From an uncultured Nitrososphaerales archaeon (GTDB lineage: Archaea > Thermoproteota > Nitrososphaeria > Nitrososphaerales > Nitrososphaeraceae): a stretch of DNA of 64,000 bases. Where the stretch lies: the NCBI GenBank assembly GCA_963695855.1, contig CAVOHZ010000010.1, positions 288,001 through 352,000 on the forward strand, read 5' to 3'. The notes under the pieces are model-generated. The model saw only the letters and a program-made list of their open reading frames with translations. It was not told the origin of the DNA and did no database searches. Positions 21,344 to 32,760 of this stretch are shown here, piece by piece (the stretch's first letter is position 1; each line of letters begins with the position of its first letter). Position numbers and translations under genes: made by a program.

Positions 21344-21467
21344 ATTTAATAATAAATATAGACATTTAAAAATATATTATAATTACTGTTTGTTAAAAAT
21401 AATGTTTTCATGAACTTTATTACACTTTACTAAACATACAAATACCTTTTTCAATAAAAATACAATA

Positions 21468-22949
21468 ATGGTTACCATGGCAACTACGAGCGATAAAGAT
21501 CCAAAGGTAACGTCAGAACAACTAAAGAAAAAAATGGAAACAGAGGAAGCATTAATAATTTTTGATATAGGAGATTTTGAAAGGTTTCAGTCAAAACATA
21601 TCCCTGGATCTAGTTTTGCTTCCTGTGATGAGGACTCTAAGAGAAATATAATGCCAAGATTACCAAAGGATATTGAGATTATTTTGGTAAGTGACACCGA
21701 TGAATATCCGAAAGAAATGGCCAAAGCCATGAATTCGATGGGATTAAGAGCAAAATATCTTCAAGGAGGTTTGCAATCATGGAAATGGGAAATGTCGAAA
21801 TCGGAAGAAAAGAACTTTACACCACAAGACCTAAAAAAAATCCTCGATGAGAATACCACTGATACTAGAAGAGGTAAGGAAACAATACTTTTAGATGTAA
21901 GGCAACCCGATGAATTTGAAAGTTGGCATATTGAAAACAGCCATAATATACCCCTAGAGAAAATTACATCATCTCTAAGTTCTTTTGATAAAAAAAGAGA
22001 GATAGTTACAATTTGCCCAAGGGGAAATAAAGCGATGATAGCAAAAGCGATGCTACAAAGATATGGATTTACAGCCAGGGCATTGTCTGGCGGTTTAAGT
22101 GCATGGACAACTGCGATTGAAAGCCCTTCTACTGAATTTGAAATTATGGATAAAAATGGGAACAAAAAAACGGTAAAAGTTGTCCAAATAAGAAGAATAG
22201 GAAAGGGATGTTTATCTTATTTTTTATCATTTAAAGGCGAGTCCCTTGTTATAGATCCTGCATTCCCAGTAGAAAATTATACAGAACTTGCAAAAACAAG
22301 TGAATCGAAAATTATCAAGATTTTTGATACGCATCAACACGCAGACCACATATCTGCCGGAAAATCATTGGCTGATATAACAGGGGCAGATTATTATGTC
22401 AGCGATCTAGAAGAATATTCTCAAGATTACATGGGATCAAATATTAAGAAGATAAAGGAAGGTGATATTGAAAAGATAGACGAGATAGAAATTAAAATAT
22501 TAAACACCCCAGGACACACAATTGGTAGTCTCTGTTTTCTAGTAGGATCAAAACTTTTGTTTACAGGAGATACTCTTTTTGTTGATGGAATAGGTAGACC
22601 TGATCTTAGAGATAAAGCAGTTGAATATTCAAAATTGCTCTATAATACTCTACATAATAAGGTCTTGACTTTGGATGAAAATACAGTTGTACTTCCGGCT
22701 CATACACCAAAAGGTATTAATTCAAAAATTTTATTATCAGGATTTTTGAAAGAGATAAAAAATAATAATAAAGATTTATTTTTTTTAAGTGAAAAAGGAT
22801 TTGTAGATACTATTGCGTCACTAACAATGCCTACTCCTCCCTCGTACAAAGATATAATATCTATAAATAAATATTTCAAGGCGGAAGACATAGGTATTAA
22901 CAAAATTAATGAATTGGAATTTGGTCCTAACAGATGCATTATTAAATGA
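21468..22949 (+). CDS. Tandem rhodanese + MBL-fold hydrolase (persulfide dioxygenase-like) fusion
   Basis: HIPGS, LLDVRQPDEF, CPRGNK; DTHQHADH, TPGHT, FTGDTLF, GRPDL, PAH. Confidence 0.9.
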   Translation: MVTMATTSDKDPKVTSEQLKKKMETEEALIIFDIGDFERFQSKHIPGSSFASCDEDSKRNIMPRLPKDIEIILVSDTDEYPKEMAKAMNSMGLRAKYLQGGLQSWKWEMSKSEEKNFTPQDLKKILDENTTDTRRGKETILLDVRQPDEFESWHIENSHNIPLEKITSSLSSFDKKREIVTICPRGNKAMIAKAMLQRYGFTARALSGGLSAWTTAIESPSTEFEIMDKNGNKKTVKVVQIRRIGKGCLSYFLSFKGESLVIDPAFPVENYTELAKTSESKIIKIFDTHQHADHISAGKSLADITGADYYVSDLEEYSQDYMGSNIKKIKEGDIEKIDEIEIKILNTPGHTIGSLCFLVGSKLLFTGDTLFVDGIGRPDLRDKAVEYSKLLYNTLHNKVLTLDENTVVLPAHTPKGINSKILLSGFLKEIKNNNKDLFFLSEKGFVDTIASLTMPTPPSYKDIISINKYFKAEDIGINKINELEFGPNRCIIK

Positions 22950-22967
22950 GGATGTGATAATATAGAT

Positions 22968-23366
22968 ATGAAAAAATTTGTTGCTATGTTCCTCTGGATG
23001 ATATTCTTATCCTCTTCATTAACATTATTATCACTGATAAATATAAGCGCTCAGACAGAACCTAGAGTAAATGTTATGTATGAATGCGGAACATTGGACG
23101 TAAATGCTCAGTTAAATGTGAACGGTTTCGAACCGAATAGTAGTGTGTCTTGGAAAGTTATTACTCCTACCGATGAAACAGGTTCTATTTTTGGATACTT
23201 TGATACGAATGGCACTGGAGGATTTAACGAATTTACTCATTTGTCGGAATTAAAGCACGCAGATTACTCAGTTCAATTCTTTGATGATGCTGATAAAGAT
23301 GGCCTTCCAGATAAGGGAAAGAAAATATTTACTGCTAAAATGTCTCCGCCAGTTCCATGTAAATAA
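22968..23366 (+). CDS. Secreted hypothetical protein
   Basis: Signal-peptide-like N-terminus; co-oriented, 18 bp after the previous gene. Confidence 0.65.
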   Translation: MKKFVAMFLWMIFLSSSLTLLSLINISAQTEPRVNVMYECGTLDVNAQLNVNGFEPNSSVSWKVITPTDETGSIFGYFDTNGTGGFNEFTHLSELKHADYSVQFFDDADKDGLPDKGKKIFTAKMSPPVPCK

Positions 23367-23803
23367 ACTAGATTAAATGACTAGAAATTTTTTATTAATT
23401 CATCTAGATTTTGTCAATATTTTTTTTAAAAAGAGATATCAATTATTTCCATGTTTTTGGAATGAATCAACATAAACAATTTGCTCAATCTTTATCATAA
23501 AATAAATAAATTAAAATAATCGAAAGCATCTGAACTGTCTAATTTCTAATATATAAAAAGTTACTGGCTCAAGAAAGCAACACCGTTGATTCGATTCATA
23601 GTCAAAGATATACATCGAATTTGAAGATTCATCAAAAGAGACTCGTACATACGGAACATCGGAAGTCAAATGATATAGAAGATATAAAGAAACTATTGAC
23701 CTTAATAGCTTGAATACCATACATCAGTAGCACTCTATTTTTTTCCCCAACAAATTGAAGGCTAGAAGAGATGACAAGAAGGGATTTTATTTAGCACAAT
23801 TTA

Positions 23804-23983
23804 TTATTTCAGATTAGTTGCCGAAAAGTGATTTAAATGAGTATTAATATGCTCATCACAATAATAATTATTACATTGGGGACATTGTGATGAAGGTACT
23901 TTTGTACAGCCTCCCATTGCACATTTTAATCCATGTAGGTGTCGTCCTCTGGTCTCATCCCATAAATCAGCAATGGCGCCCAT
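23804..23983 (-). CDS. 59-aa AN1-like zinc-finger micro-protein (not in ORF track)
   Basis: MGAIADLWDETRGRHLHGLKCAMGGCTKVPSSQCPQCNNYYCDEHINTHLNHFSATNLK: C-x4-C-x7-CxxC-x4-CxxH-x3-H. Confidence 0.7.
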   Translation of the reverse strand: MGAIADLWDETRGRHLHGLKCAMGGCTKVPSSQCPQCNNYYCDEHINTHLNHFSATNLK

Positions 23984-24101
23984 ATAATTAATTAGATACG
24001 ATGCTATTTAAACAAATTTGAAGAATAAAATTAAACCAATTTAGGATGGTATGTTTTAAAATTTATTAAAATAATTATTTTTTAGGTAAACAATACTCTT
24101 T

Positions 24102-24596
24102 TTATGTAGACATTTTATTGTTTGAATTTATTTCGACATTTATTGTCCAGATCATATACAGATGGATAGCACAAATATAATTATAAACTCCTTCACGCTC
24201 GAAGGTATAATCAAATTTGTCTCCTGGAAATAACATGTTTGAATCAAATAGCGAACTAGGTACTGAAATATTTTTCGAGTAATTTGAATTTATGTTGGCA
24301 TCGTTATCTGAAACCTCTACACTGTTAACAGTATGAATTGTACTATCCTCATTTATCCATTCAACAGTGTCATCAATATGAATATTGGTTTGGTTTGGTA
24401 TAAAATGTGCAACACTATCGGTGCCTGCACCTTGAGGAATAGTTATAATAACTTTTTGATTCAGTGCATAAGAACTAGCAAGCAAACTGCAAAAAAAGAA
24501 TAATAATACTAATAAGAGAACAATATTATATGTCATAAGGGAGCATTGAGTATTGATTCTATTATTAACATTTCTTCTAATAATGGCCATGAGCAA
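24102..24596 (-). CDS. Plastocyanin/azurin-like cupredoxin
   Basis: Hydrophobic leader; IHTV and YICAIHLYM type-1 Cu ligands. Confidence 0.85.
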   Translation of the reverse strand: MLMAIIRRNVNNRINTQCSLMTYNIVLLLVLLFFFCSLLASSYALNQKVIITIPQGAGTDSVAHFIPNQTNIHIDDTVEWINEDSTIHTVNSVEVSDNDANINSNYSKNISVPSSLFDSNMLFPGDKFDYTFEREGVYNYICAIHLYMIWTINVEINSNNKMST

Positions 24597-24887
24597 GAAT
24601 ACGCCTCATTAATAACATCAATTATAAAGATAACGACAATTTTATCTCGTAATTTCATTTGAAAAATTTAAGCTTAAAAAGATAGATATAACAATCATAA
24701 TATCAGACAACAATTAATTAATCAATTAATTAATTGTTTATTACTCTAGCGATATTTCCTGTGAACCCCCGAGATTGGTGAGTTCAAATCCACAACATCA
24801 GCATCTTTCTTTTTTCTATCTAAAGCAATTTCTGTTGCAAAATTCATAATAAAATAGTTATTACAGTTAACCGAATATAATACCATA

Positions 24888-25349
24888 ATGCAAGATAGCA
24901 AACATATTCCTGCGGTAGAAGATATTATGACTCCAATGCCACTAGAAGTAATTAACCTCTCTGACGACGCATATACCGCATCAAAATTAATGAAAGATAA
25001 GCAAATCAGTTCGATTATTGTTATAGACGAAGAAAAGCATCCCATTGGCATAATAACTGAACGTGACATAGTAAGACGGGTTGTTTGCGATAAGAAAAAT
25101 GCATCAAATACATCGGTAGAATCAATTATGTCAAAACCATTGGTAACCGTTGAATATAAAGCTAATATTGACGAAGCCGTAGCCATTATGACGAAAAACA
25201 AAATTAGGAGACTGCCTATTGTTAAGGATGGTCATTTATATGGTCTTATTACCGCAACCAATTTGATTAAATATATATTTCAGAAATATGTTGCTGATAA
25301 GGAAATTTTGAAATCTCTAGTAAGATACAGAAAATATTGGGAAGAATAA
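24888..25349 (+). CDS. CBS-pair protein
   Basis: GIITERDIV, IRRLPIV. Confidence 0.9.
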   Translation: MQDSKHIPAVEDIMTPMPLEVINLSDDAYTASKLMKDKQISSIIVIDEEKHPIGIITERDIVRRVVCDKKNASNTSVESIMSKPLVTVEYKANIDEAVAIMTKNKIRRLPIVKDGHLYGLITATNLIKYIFQKYVADKEILKSLVRYRKYWEE

Positions 25350-25791
25350 TGAGAATTTAGTAAATTTTAAAATATTTTTGAATGGTGTGGATACCGCAAT
25401 TACTATGAATTTCTGCATTATCATAATTAGTTGGCTAATTCTCAAATATGGCTATTGAAATGGAGAATTTTCTGCAAAATCATATCTTAATAAATAAAGC
25501 AATAAAATCAATCGTCTAATATTTTGTAATAATTAACAAGTAGCATAGTTGTATTTATGCAGATATTTTAGTCGATTCTTTTGAAAAATCTTTATTGTTT
25601 ATATTTATTAAATCAGTCCTTTGAGCATGATTCACAATTGAGAAAGTGATAGTGTTTAATATGTAGGCAAGCTTTGAATTTAAATTTTTTATAAGTATAA
25701 TTTTCTAAAATGAAGAAAATGTATTAGAATAAAATTAAATATTGGAGATATTTAATCGGTTTTTTTATCTAACAAAAAATCCTAAAATAGA

Positions 25792-26838
25792 ATGAAGATC
25801 AATACCTGTTTAATGCACGATGAATCTTTTTTGATAAGACATTACAAAATACTTTCAGTTTTTCTTATATTATTTTCTATGCTCTTGACTCAGATAATAA
25901 TTGAAGACTCATCCGCTGTTTCAAACCACTCAGGAATTAAACAAATAACTTTAATTGCATATGAAAAGGTTCTACAAATAGCTCCAGATAATCAATTACA
26001 TCCCGGTGGTATACTTTATGAGGCAATGACATACAATGGTACTATTCCAGGGCCGACAATTGAATTAAATCAAGGCGACATTTTAAATCTAACTCTAAAG
26101 AATGCAGCTGATATAGTCCACAGCATTGATTTACACGGTATAAGCGGACCCAGCCAAGCAATATCCGGATCTTTAAAACCTGGTGAGATTAAAACTTGGC
26201 AAATTACAGCTGAAAACCCAGGAGTTTTTGTTTACCACTGTGATGGTGACAATCTAAATGGTATTTGGGAACATATTTCAGGTGGTATGTATGGTGGTTT
26301 GGTAATTCATCCTGCACAAGAAAAACCAGCAAAAGAATTTTTTGTCGCATTTAACGAAGTCTACAATAATAAAGACCTAGGTTTGTTTGTTGGAAATAAT
26401 AAAACAGTCGGATCATTTGACATGACTAAATTCATAAATAATCAGCCTGATTTGATCCTAACTAACGGTATGGCATTTAAATATTTTCCACGAATGGGAA
26501 CAATTGTTAAAATTCAGCTCAATGAAAATGCAGATATGTTTAAAGTAAAAACAGGAGAATTAACTAGATGGCATATTATTAACGCAGGCCCTAGAAATGA
26601 AATTACTTTTAATTTTGCAGGCGGAATGATTGATAAAATTAACAATAATTTTAACGGATCAGTTATTAAAAATACCGTTCCTCGAAATTATGAAGTTTCT
26701 ATCCCACCCGGAGGAGGAAAAATCATAGAGACAACCTTTCCTGAAGATGGCATCTATTTTGGAAACGATCATGACATTGGAAGTCTGTTAAAAGGTGCAG
26801 GGTTTATAGTTTATGCAGAAAAAAATGATATGAAGTAA
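25792..26838 (+). CDS. Two-domain multicopper protein, copper nitrite reductase (NirK)-like
   Basis: NGTIPGP, HSIDLHG, YHC...EHISGGMYG, INAGP, GNDHD. Confidence 0.8.
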   Translation: MKINTCLMHDESFLIRHYKILSVFLILFSMLLTQIIIEDSSAVSNHSGIKQITLIAYEKVLQIAPDNQLHPGGILYEAMTYNGTIPGPTIELNQGDILNLTLKNAADIVHSIDLHGISGPSQAISGSLKPGEIKTWQITAENPGVFVYHCDGDNLNGIWEHISGGMYGGLVIHPAQEKPAKEFFVAFNEVYNNKDLGLFVGNNKTVGSFDMTKFINNQPDLILTNGMAFKYFPRMGTIVKIQLNENADMFKVKTGELTRWHIINAGPRNEITFNFAGGMIDKINNNFNGSVIKNTVPRNYEVSIPPGGGKIIETTFPEDGIYFGNDHDIGSLLKGAGFIVYAEKNDMK

Positions 26839-27089
26839 ATGCTGAAAATCACTACAATTTGTTTAAAGATAGAAAAAGACATGTTGAGTAGCTAGTTCTC
26901 TTGCACGATTAGATCGGTTTTCAATGATGTATTCTAAAACTATCATAAAAAAGTTTTCGAAAATTTTTCTGTTACTAGATTTCACAACATAAATAGATCC
27001 CATATTAAAATTTCAGAATAAAAATCAATTCACTTTTATCATAAATTAGTAAACAATAACTTAAATATCTATTCATAAGATCGTTATAA

Positions 27090-27692
27090 ATGCAAAATGA
27101 AAATAATAAAAATGAGAAGATAAACGTTGTAGGAATAAAGGTTTTGGAACAAAATGGAATTAATATAGATGAAATAACGAAATTATTGGTATATAACGCA
27201 TCAGTAGAATTTGCGGCTTATTACTATTTTACTAATTTAAGAATGCATTGTACAGGACAAGACGGAGAAAGTATTAAAGGAGTTATAGAGGATGCAAGAT
27301 TAGAAGATTTAAGTCATTTTGAATCATCTTTGTCGAGAATATATGAATTGGGGGCAATACTACCTATTGATGCCCAAGATTTCATAAGGATGTCGGGTTG
27401 TGAATTCCTTCAACTCCCTTCGCTTAACAAAACAGATTTAAAAGAAATACTACTAAAATGTTTAAAAGCTGAGCAGGGAGCTATAGTAAATTGGAATAAG
27501 TTATGTAACCTAACTAATGGTAAAGATCCTGCAACTTACGACATAGCCAAGGATATTCTACGAGAAGAGATTGAACATGAATCTTGGTTTTTAGAGTTGC
27601 TATATGGAAGACCATCAGGACATATGAGAAGGAAGTTTCCTGGAGAGCGACCTCACACGCATAAACATTCTAGATCATTAAATCTAGTATAA
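27090..27692 (+). CDS. DPS-like (DPSL) ferritin-superfamily protein
   Basis: VEFAAYYYF, EDARLEDLSHFE, AEQGAI, GKDPATYD, EEIEHESWF. Confidence 0.9.
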   Translation: MQNENNKNEKINVVGIKVLEQNGINIDEITKLLVYNASVEFAAYYYFTNLRMHCTGQDGESIKGVIEDARLEDLSHFESSLSRIYELGAILPIDAQDFIRMSGCEFLQLPSLNKTDLKEILLKCLKAEQGAIVNWNKLCNLTNGKDPATYDIAKDILREEIEHESWFLELLYGRPSGHMRRKFPGERPHTHKHSRSLNLV

Positions 27693-28222
27693 TCAGATAG
27701 CCGTAAGACATCATACAATAATTATTGCTATTTTTATTAATCATTATTTTATCTACGTTGCGTGAGAAAATCACTATTAACTTTTCATTTTAAAGATATA
27801 TATTGAAATGAGTTCGAAAAAATTAAAAACATAGTTTGATGCACATAATAATGAATATATGTTACAACAGATTCAGGTTCAAGCAAATAGAAACACTCCA
27901 TATGCATATTTCTATTACTAAAGTACTAATTCTCTCATCTGGTTATAATCATCATTATCATTACTAAAGATGCAACAATATATGTGTCTTGACAAGGTTT
28001 GTGAATATCTGACGTATCTGAGTTATTGAAAGAATATCAATTTACTATACACATTTGATAAAGACAATATTACAAGTATTAATTGAAATCTCGAATTCAA
28101 AAACAAGATTTTTTATTTAATCCCTTACTATAATTGATGAGAAGATTGAATTATGATCTATGGAAATAAAAAAATATATCTATCCAATATCATTTTAAAA
28201 AATAGATAGATTGGAGAATCTA

Positions 28223-29959
28223 CTAAGATTTGAGCAGCGCAGAAACAGCCAGCGAATTGCCTAATTTGAAATCTATTGTTTGTTTTCCTTGGTTGTACAG
28301 GGCTATTACATTTATGTCTTCCACGTTTTGATATTCTCCACTTATAGGGTCCTGTCCATCCATGTCATCGTCAAACTGTACAACAAATAAAGCATTATCT
28401 TTAGTCAAACTCTGCATCCTTTCCAACGGAACGGTTACTCCTTCATATTCGTTACCATATTTGTCTATATGCAGAAACATAAACTGTAAGTCTGGATTAT
28501 CTGGTAAATTCAAGGTTGCACGACCGTCTCTCAATTGACATGGATAAAAATCTCCCAAAAGTACAGGTGTTTTTGGCCCTATGCTGCCGGTTAATGGTAA
28601 CAAACTAGCCTGTGTCAAACATTTTGTTGTTTTGTATTTGATTATCTTTTCTGTGTGGTAATGGTAACGATCTTTATGGTCACGTTCATCATGACCATCA
28701 TGATCATAATAAAGATAGTTACCATCATCATCATAGCGATTAATATCTCCTATAACAATATCTTTGAATTTGTCTCCTGCTATCTGAATAATGGTTGGAG
28801 CAAAGATTTGTGTTATATCTTTACCCTGTGCAATTTGTGTATTGATAATTTGTGCTGCCTGATTAATGGTACTCTGGTCTGCATCTCCAGATGCTATCAT
28901 TCCGGTAAGGGTTTCTAACGCCTGACTTACCTGTCCTTCTGGTCTCTTCTTTAACTCTAGATTTAACAGATCTAGAGCTTTAGCTGAATATGTACCTGCA
29001 GGAAGTTGTTCTGATAACTGTCTCGCAACTTGCTGAACTTTGCCTTCATCTACCTCTGCTTTTTGAACAATTTCTTGACCTACTTTTTGTTCTAGTTCTT
29101 CAGCATCTGGAGGACCTACCGGATATCCCTCTTGTTCTGCCTGTTGAATTGATGTACCTTCCTCAACTTTAGGTGGGGCCGTTGTAAGTTCTGGAATTTC
29201 TTTTTGCTCTGCTGTTGGTTCTGTTTCCTCTGTTGGTTCTGTTACCTCTGTTGGTCCAGTCGTTGTTGGTTCTGTTACCTCTATTGGTTCTGTTACCTCT
29301 GTTGGTCCAGTCGTTGTTGGTTCTGTTACCTCTGTTGGTTCTGTTACCTCTGTTGGTCCAGTCGTTGTTGGTTCTGTTACCTCTGTTGGTCCAGTCGTTG
29401 TTGGTTCTGTTACCTCTGTTGGTCCAGTCGTTGTTGGTTCTGTTACCTCTGTTGGTCCAGTCGTTGTTGGTTCTGTTACCTCTGTTGGTCCAGTCGTTGT
29501 TGGTTCTGTTACCTCTGTTGGTCCAGTCGTTGTTGGTTCTGTTACCTCTGTTGGTCCAGTCGTTGTTGGTTCTGTTACCTCTGTTGGTCCAGTCGTTGTT
29601 GGTTCTGTTACCTCTGTTGGTCCAGTCGTTGTTGGTTCTGGAATTTCTTTTTGATCTGCTGTTACCTCTTCCTCTGCTGTTAGTTCTTTCTCTGTTGGTT
29701 CTGGAACTTCCTCTTGCTCTGCTGTTACCCCTGGCCCTCTTGGTGACTCGCCATTTTCAACTTTAGGATCTTTATCATTTCCATGATTGTTATTTTCTAT
29801 TGCATTCCCATTATCTAATTGTGCATTAGAAGTTTCGAGAAATGAACCAGAAAGTAATCTCAGACCGGATCCGATATACATCTGCGCGGGATAAGCAGTA
29901 ATCATCGAAATAGTAAGAAAAATCAATAATATTCTATTTAGCGAAATTCTTACCATCAT
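28223..29959 (-). CDS. Secreted/surface protein with a Thr/Pro/Glu-rich tandem-repeat stalk
   Basis: Hydrophobic leader, 11 EPTTTGPTEVT units, His/Asp-rich linker, globular C-terminus. Confidence 0.8.
   Translation of the reverse strand: MMVRISLNRILLIFLTISMITAYPAQMYIGSGLRLLSGSFLETSNAQLDNGNAIENNNHGNDKDPKVENGESPRGPGVTAEQEEVPEPTEKELTAEEEVTADQKEIPEPTTTGPTEVTEPTTTGPTEVTEPTTTGPTEVTEPTTTGPTEVTEPTTTGPTEVTEPTTTGPTEVTEPTTTGPTEVTEPTTTGPTEVTEPTTTGPTEVTEPTEVTEPTTTGPTEVTEPIEVTEPTTTGPTEVTEPTEETEPTAEQKEIPELTTAPPKVEEGTSIQQAEQEGYPVGPPDAEELEQKVGQEIVQKAEVDEGKVQQVARQLSEQLPAGTYSAKALDLLNLELKKRPEGQVSQALETLTGMIASGDADQSTINQAAQIINTQIAQGKDITQIFAPTIIQIAGDKFKDIVIGDINRYDDDGNYLYYDHDGHDERDHKDRYHYHTEKIIKYKTTKCLTQASLLPLTGSIGPKTPVLLGDFYPCQLRDGRATLNLPDNPDLQFMFLHIDKYGNEYEGVTVPLERMQSLTKDNALFVVQFDDDMDGQDPISGEYQNVEDINVIALYNQGKQTIDFKLGNSLAVSALLKS
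29212..29640. repeat. 33-bp coding tandem repeat (11 full units plus 18-bp partial units)
   Basis: CTGTTGGTCCAGTCGTTGTTGGTTCTGTTACCT repeated without spacers. Confidence 0.95.
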
Positions 29960-30516
29960 TAGATAAACGATTGATAATAAGTAATATAAATAGATGTGCA
30001 GTACAAAGTTTGATTTCCTCTGTATTCTTTTCAAAAAGATAAAATAATGTTAATCGTTACATTCGTCATATTTCTATAAATAATAAGTGATGGTTAAAGG
30101 ATAAAAAAAACACGGGCAGTACCAGTTTATTATATAGTATTTGAAACACCACATACTGCTAAGGAAAATCCTTACGTAAAGAATAAACCTATATTTTCAT
30201 GTATAGTCCTTACATTTGATGATTATCATTCATGCAGAAAGAATAATTTAAAATGTGGCCAAATCACCAATACAATTTAGTCAAATTATTAACTTACGTC
30301 AACATTTCAAAATCAAAATATAATTCGATTTAACAAAGGAACTAAATTACTATTTAATTAATTAAAAAATTATCCTATACGTTTCACATTTGAAGAGATA
30401 TCTTTGCTACACCGCTTCTTGTAGTGTCAAAAGGTGGATTAATTCCAGTTCCTAGGATAGTAATAACCATAGTATATTTTCCAGGATTTTCAATCATAAT
30501 ATTTTGAACATCGCTC

Positions 30517-31278
30517 TATACAGATGAGGAAATATCCAAGCTGTTAGAACATGCAAATTTAAGAATGCGTGTGGTTATCCTGACATTATTATCTACGGGT
30601 ATGAGGGTTGGCGGTCTTGCCGCTCTTAAAATGGGAGATATTGAATATATTGATGAATATCGTTTATACAAATTCAAAGTATATAGTGACACTCTAAGAC
30701 ACGCTTACATTACATTCTGTACGCCTGAATGTGCTCTAGAGATAGACAAATACAGGGAATACAGGAAACAAGAAGCGGAACATATAACAAAGGACGCTCC
30801 GTTCATAAGGGGAAAGGGTAATGATTTAATGGCTGGATATACAGGCCAATTGAGTTCCAATGTTCTGCAAAGAGCAGTAATGAGACTACAACATAAGGCA
30901 AAGACCAGGGAGCCCATAAAATGCGGAATGCCAACAGGAGGATCAAGGTTCAGACATGAGGTTATGAACTGTCATGCTTTTAGAAAAATATTCAATACAA
31001 GATGTATCGATAACGATGTGAAATTCCAGGCAAAAGAAATGTTTATGGGACATAAAGGAAAATTGGGACTGGATAATAATTATTGGCGTCCAACTGAGGC
31101 CAACTTACTCCAAGAATATTCTAAGGTTATAGATTCACTAACAATCAACGAAGAGAATAAATTGAAGACTGAGAACGCATTATTGAAACGCGAGAAGGAA
31201 CGAACCGATAAAATGATGATTGAAATTTTACAGAAGTTTGAAAAGTGGGAAGCAGACCAGACAGCAAAAAAATCCTAA
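30517..31278 (+). pseudogene. Tyrosine recombinase/integrase, catalytic domain only (5'-truncated)
   Basis: YTDEEI..LL, STGMRVG (R), HAFRK (HxxR), FMGH, NNYW (Y); no N-terminal domain upstream. Confidence 0.85.
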
Positions 31279-31321
31279 CAAATAGGAATTTCTCGCAATA
31301 TTTCAAATACAAGATAAGCTA

Positions 31322-32475
31322 AGTCAAGTGGCTTGGTTAATGTCATATTCTTTTAACTAATTGGTCTAAATTACTGAATAGGTAAAGCTTAAGGTATCCA
31401 GAACATCATAATTTTGTGTACAGTAGTTCTTCTAAACTATATCTCACAACGGCACAGAAGAATGGTCTAAAGTCATTGATGAAAAATACTTCAGACAAGA
31501 AGAATTATCGCAGATTACTGGCAGTAATCTAGAAAAGCAATGGTAGAACTTTTGAAGATATTGCAAAGGAACATGGCGTGAGTATCAGAACAGTCCAAAG
31601 ATGGATATCAGCATATCTTAAGACAGGAACAAAAGGATTGGAGATAAGGAAACCAGGTGGTACAAAATTTCGTATAACAGATGAGGATAGAGAGATTATG
31701 CTTTCTGTACTTTTCAATGATCCCAATATTTTTGGTTATATTAGAAACACTTGGAGTCTTAGGTCACTGGCAAAGTGTCTTACAGAAGAATTCGGCATTC
31801 CAATCAGTTTCAAACATCTCCAGAGGATACTAAAAGATATGGGCATTAGATGCAAAAGACCTAAACTGGAACTTGAACATGGAGTTGATTATGAAGAGGG
31901 AAAGAAAAAAATACAAAATTACAAACAAGTAGCATCGGCACTCAAAAAAAGAAAGTAATGCTTGTATTTGAGGATGAAACCATAGTAACACAGAAACCTT
32001 GTATAAGAAAATCAATGAGTTTTGAAGGAAAACAACAGAAAGTTAGGCATAATGGCAGTAGAAAGAGATTCTCAATGTACATATCCATGCTATGGCCAGA
32101 ACAGAATCTACTGTATGATTTCTATGACAGATCAAATTCCACAAATACGATACACCATCTTGAGAATCTCAAGATGTATGTAAAGCAAAATGGTTGGAAA
32201 AGAATTGTACTTGTATGGGATAATGCATCATATCATATAAGCAAAATTACAAGAGAATATATCAATACACAGAAAGACTGGCTCACTGTAATACATCTTC
32301 CAAAGAGGGCCCCATATCTCAATCCAAACGAGAGAAAAGTAAATCAATGTATAAAATCAGATGTATGTGCAAATAGATTCTATACCAATATAGAAGAACA
32401 AAAAGATGCAATATCAGAATATCTGGATAATAGATTTGGAAGATGGCATTATGACATTCACAATGACACTTGACT
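31322..32475 (+). mobile_element. IS630-family element (second type; orfA to 31958, orfB 31958-32473)
   Basis: TIR AGTCAAGTG/CACTTGACT flanked by TA; A7 slippery run near 31944-31950; FEDET, WDNASYH, LNPNE; in-frame TAG at 31530 in orfA. Confidence 0.88.
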
Positions 32476-32506
32476 TATTAATCATATTAAGAAGAAAAAG
32501 TACGAA

Positions 32507-32632
32507 CACAACTTGTTGTTACGGGTGTAATACCCCAATCTATTGGAATCCGGTAAAAGGAGAGTACTGAGAGTTATCAACCTAGAAGAGACACAAATGT
32601 TTATATCTAGAAAAACAACAAATACACCACTA
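32507..32632 (+). pseudogene. Zinc-ribbon micro-gene, inactive paralogue of 47536-47667
   Basis: TTCCYGCNTPIYWNPVKGEY*ELST*KRHKCLYLEKQQIHH. Confidence 0.7.
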
Positions 32633-32760
32633 ATCAAGCAAGGACAAAGAATGTTCTACTACTGATTTTAGTGCTGGTATTAGCAATGTTGCTAGAGTAA
32701 TAAATTAATTAATTACTAATATACTAAAAGAGAAAAAAAAGGTTTAGGTTTCTACCTATA

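Noticed and set aside
29204-29766. Cys/Trp-rich and Leu/Val-rich plus-strand ORFs, and a possible CRISPR array
   Set aside because: Antisense shadows of the 33-bp coding repeat; units abut with no unique spacers and there are no cas genes.
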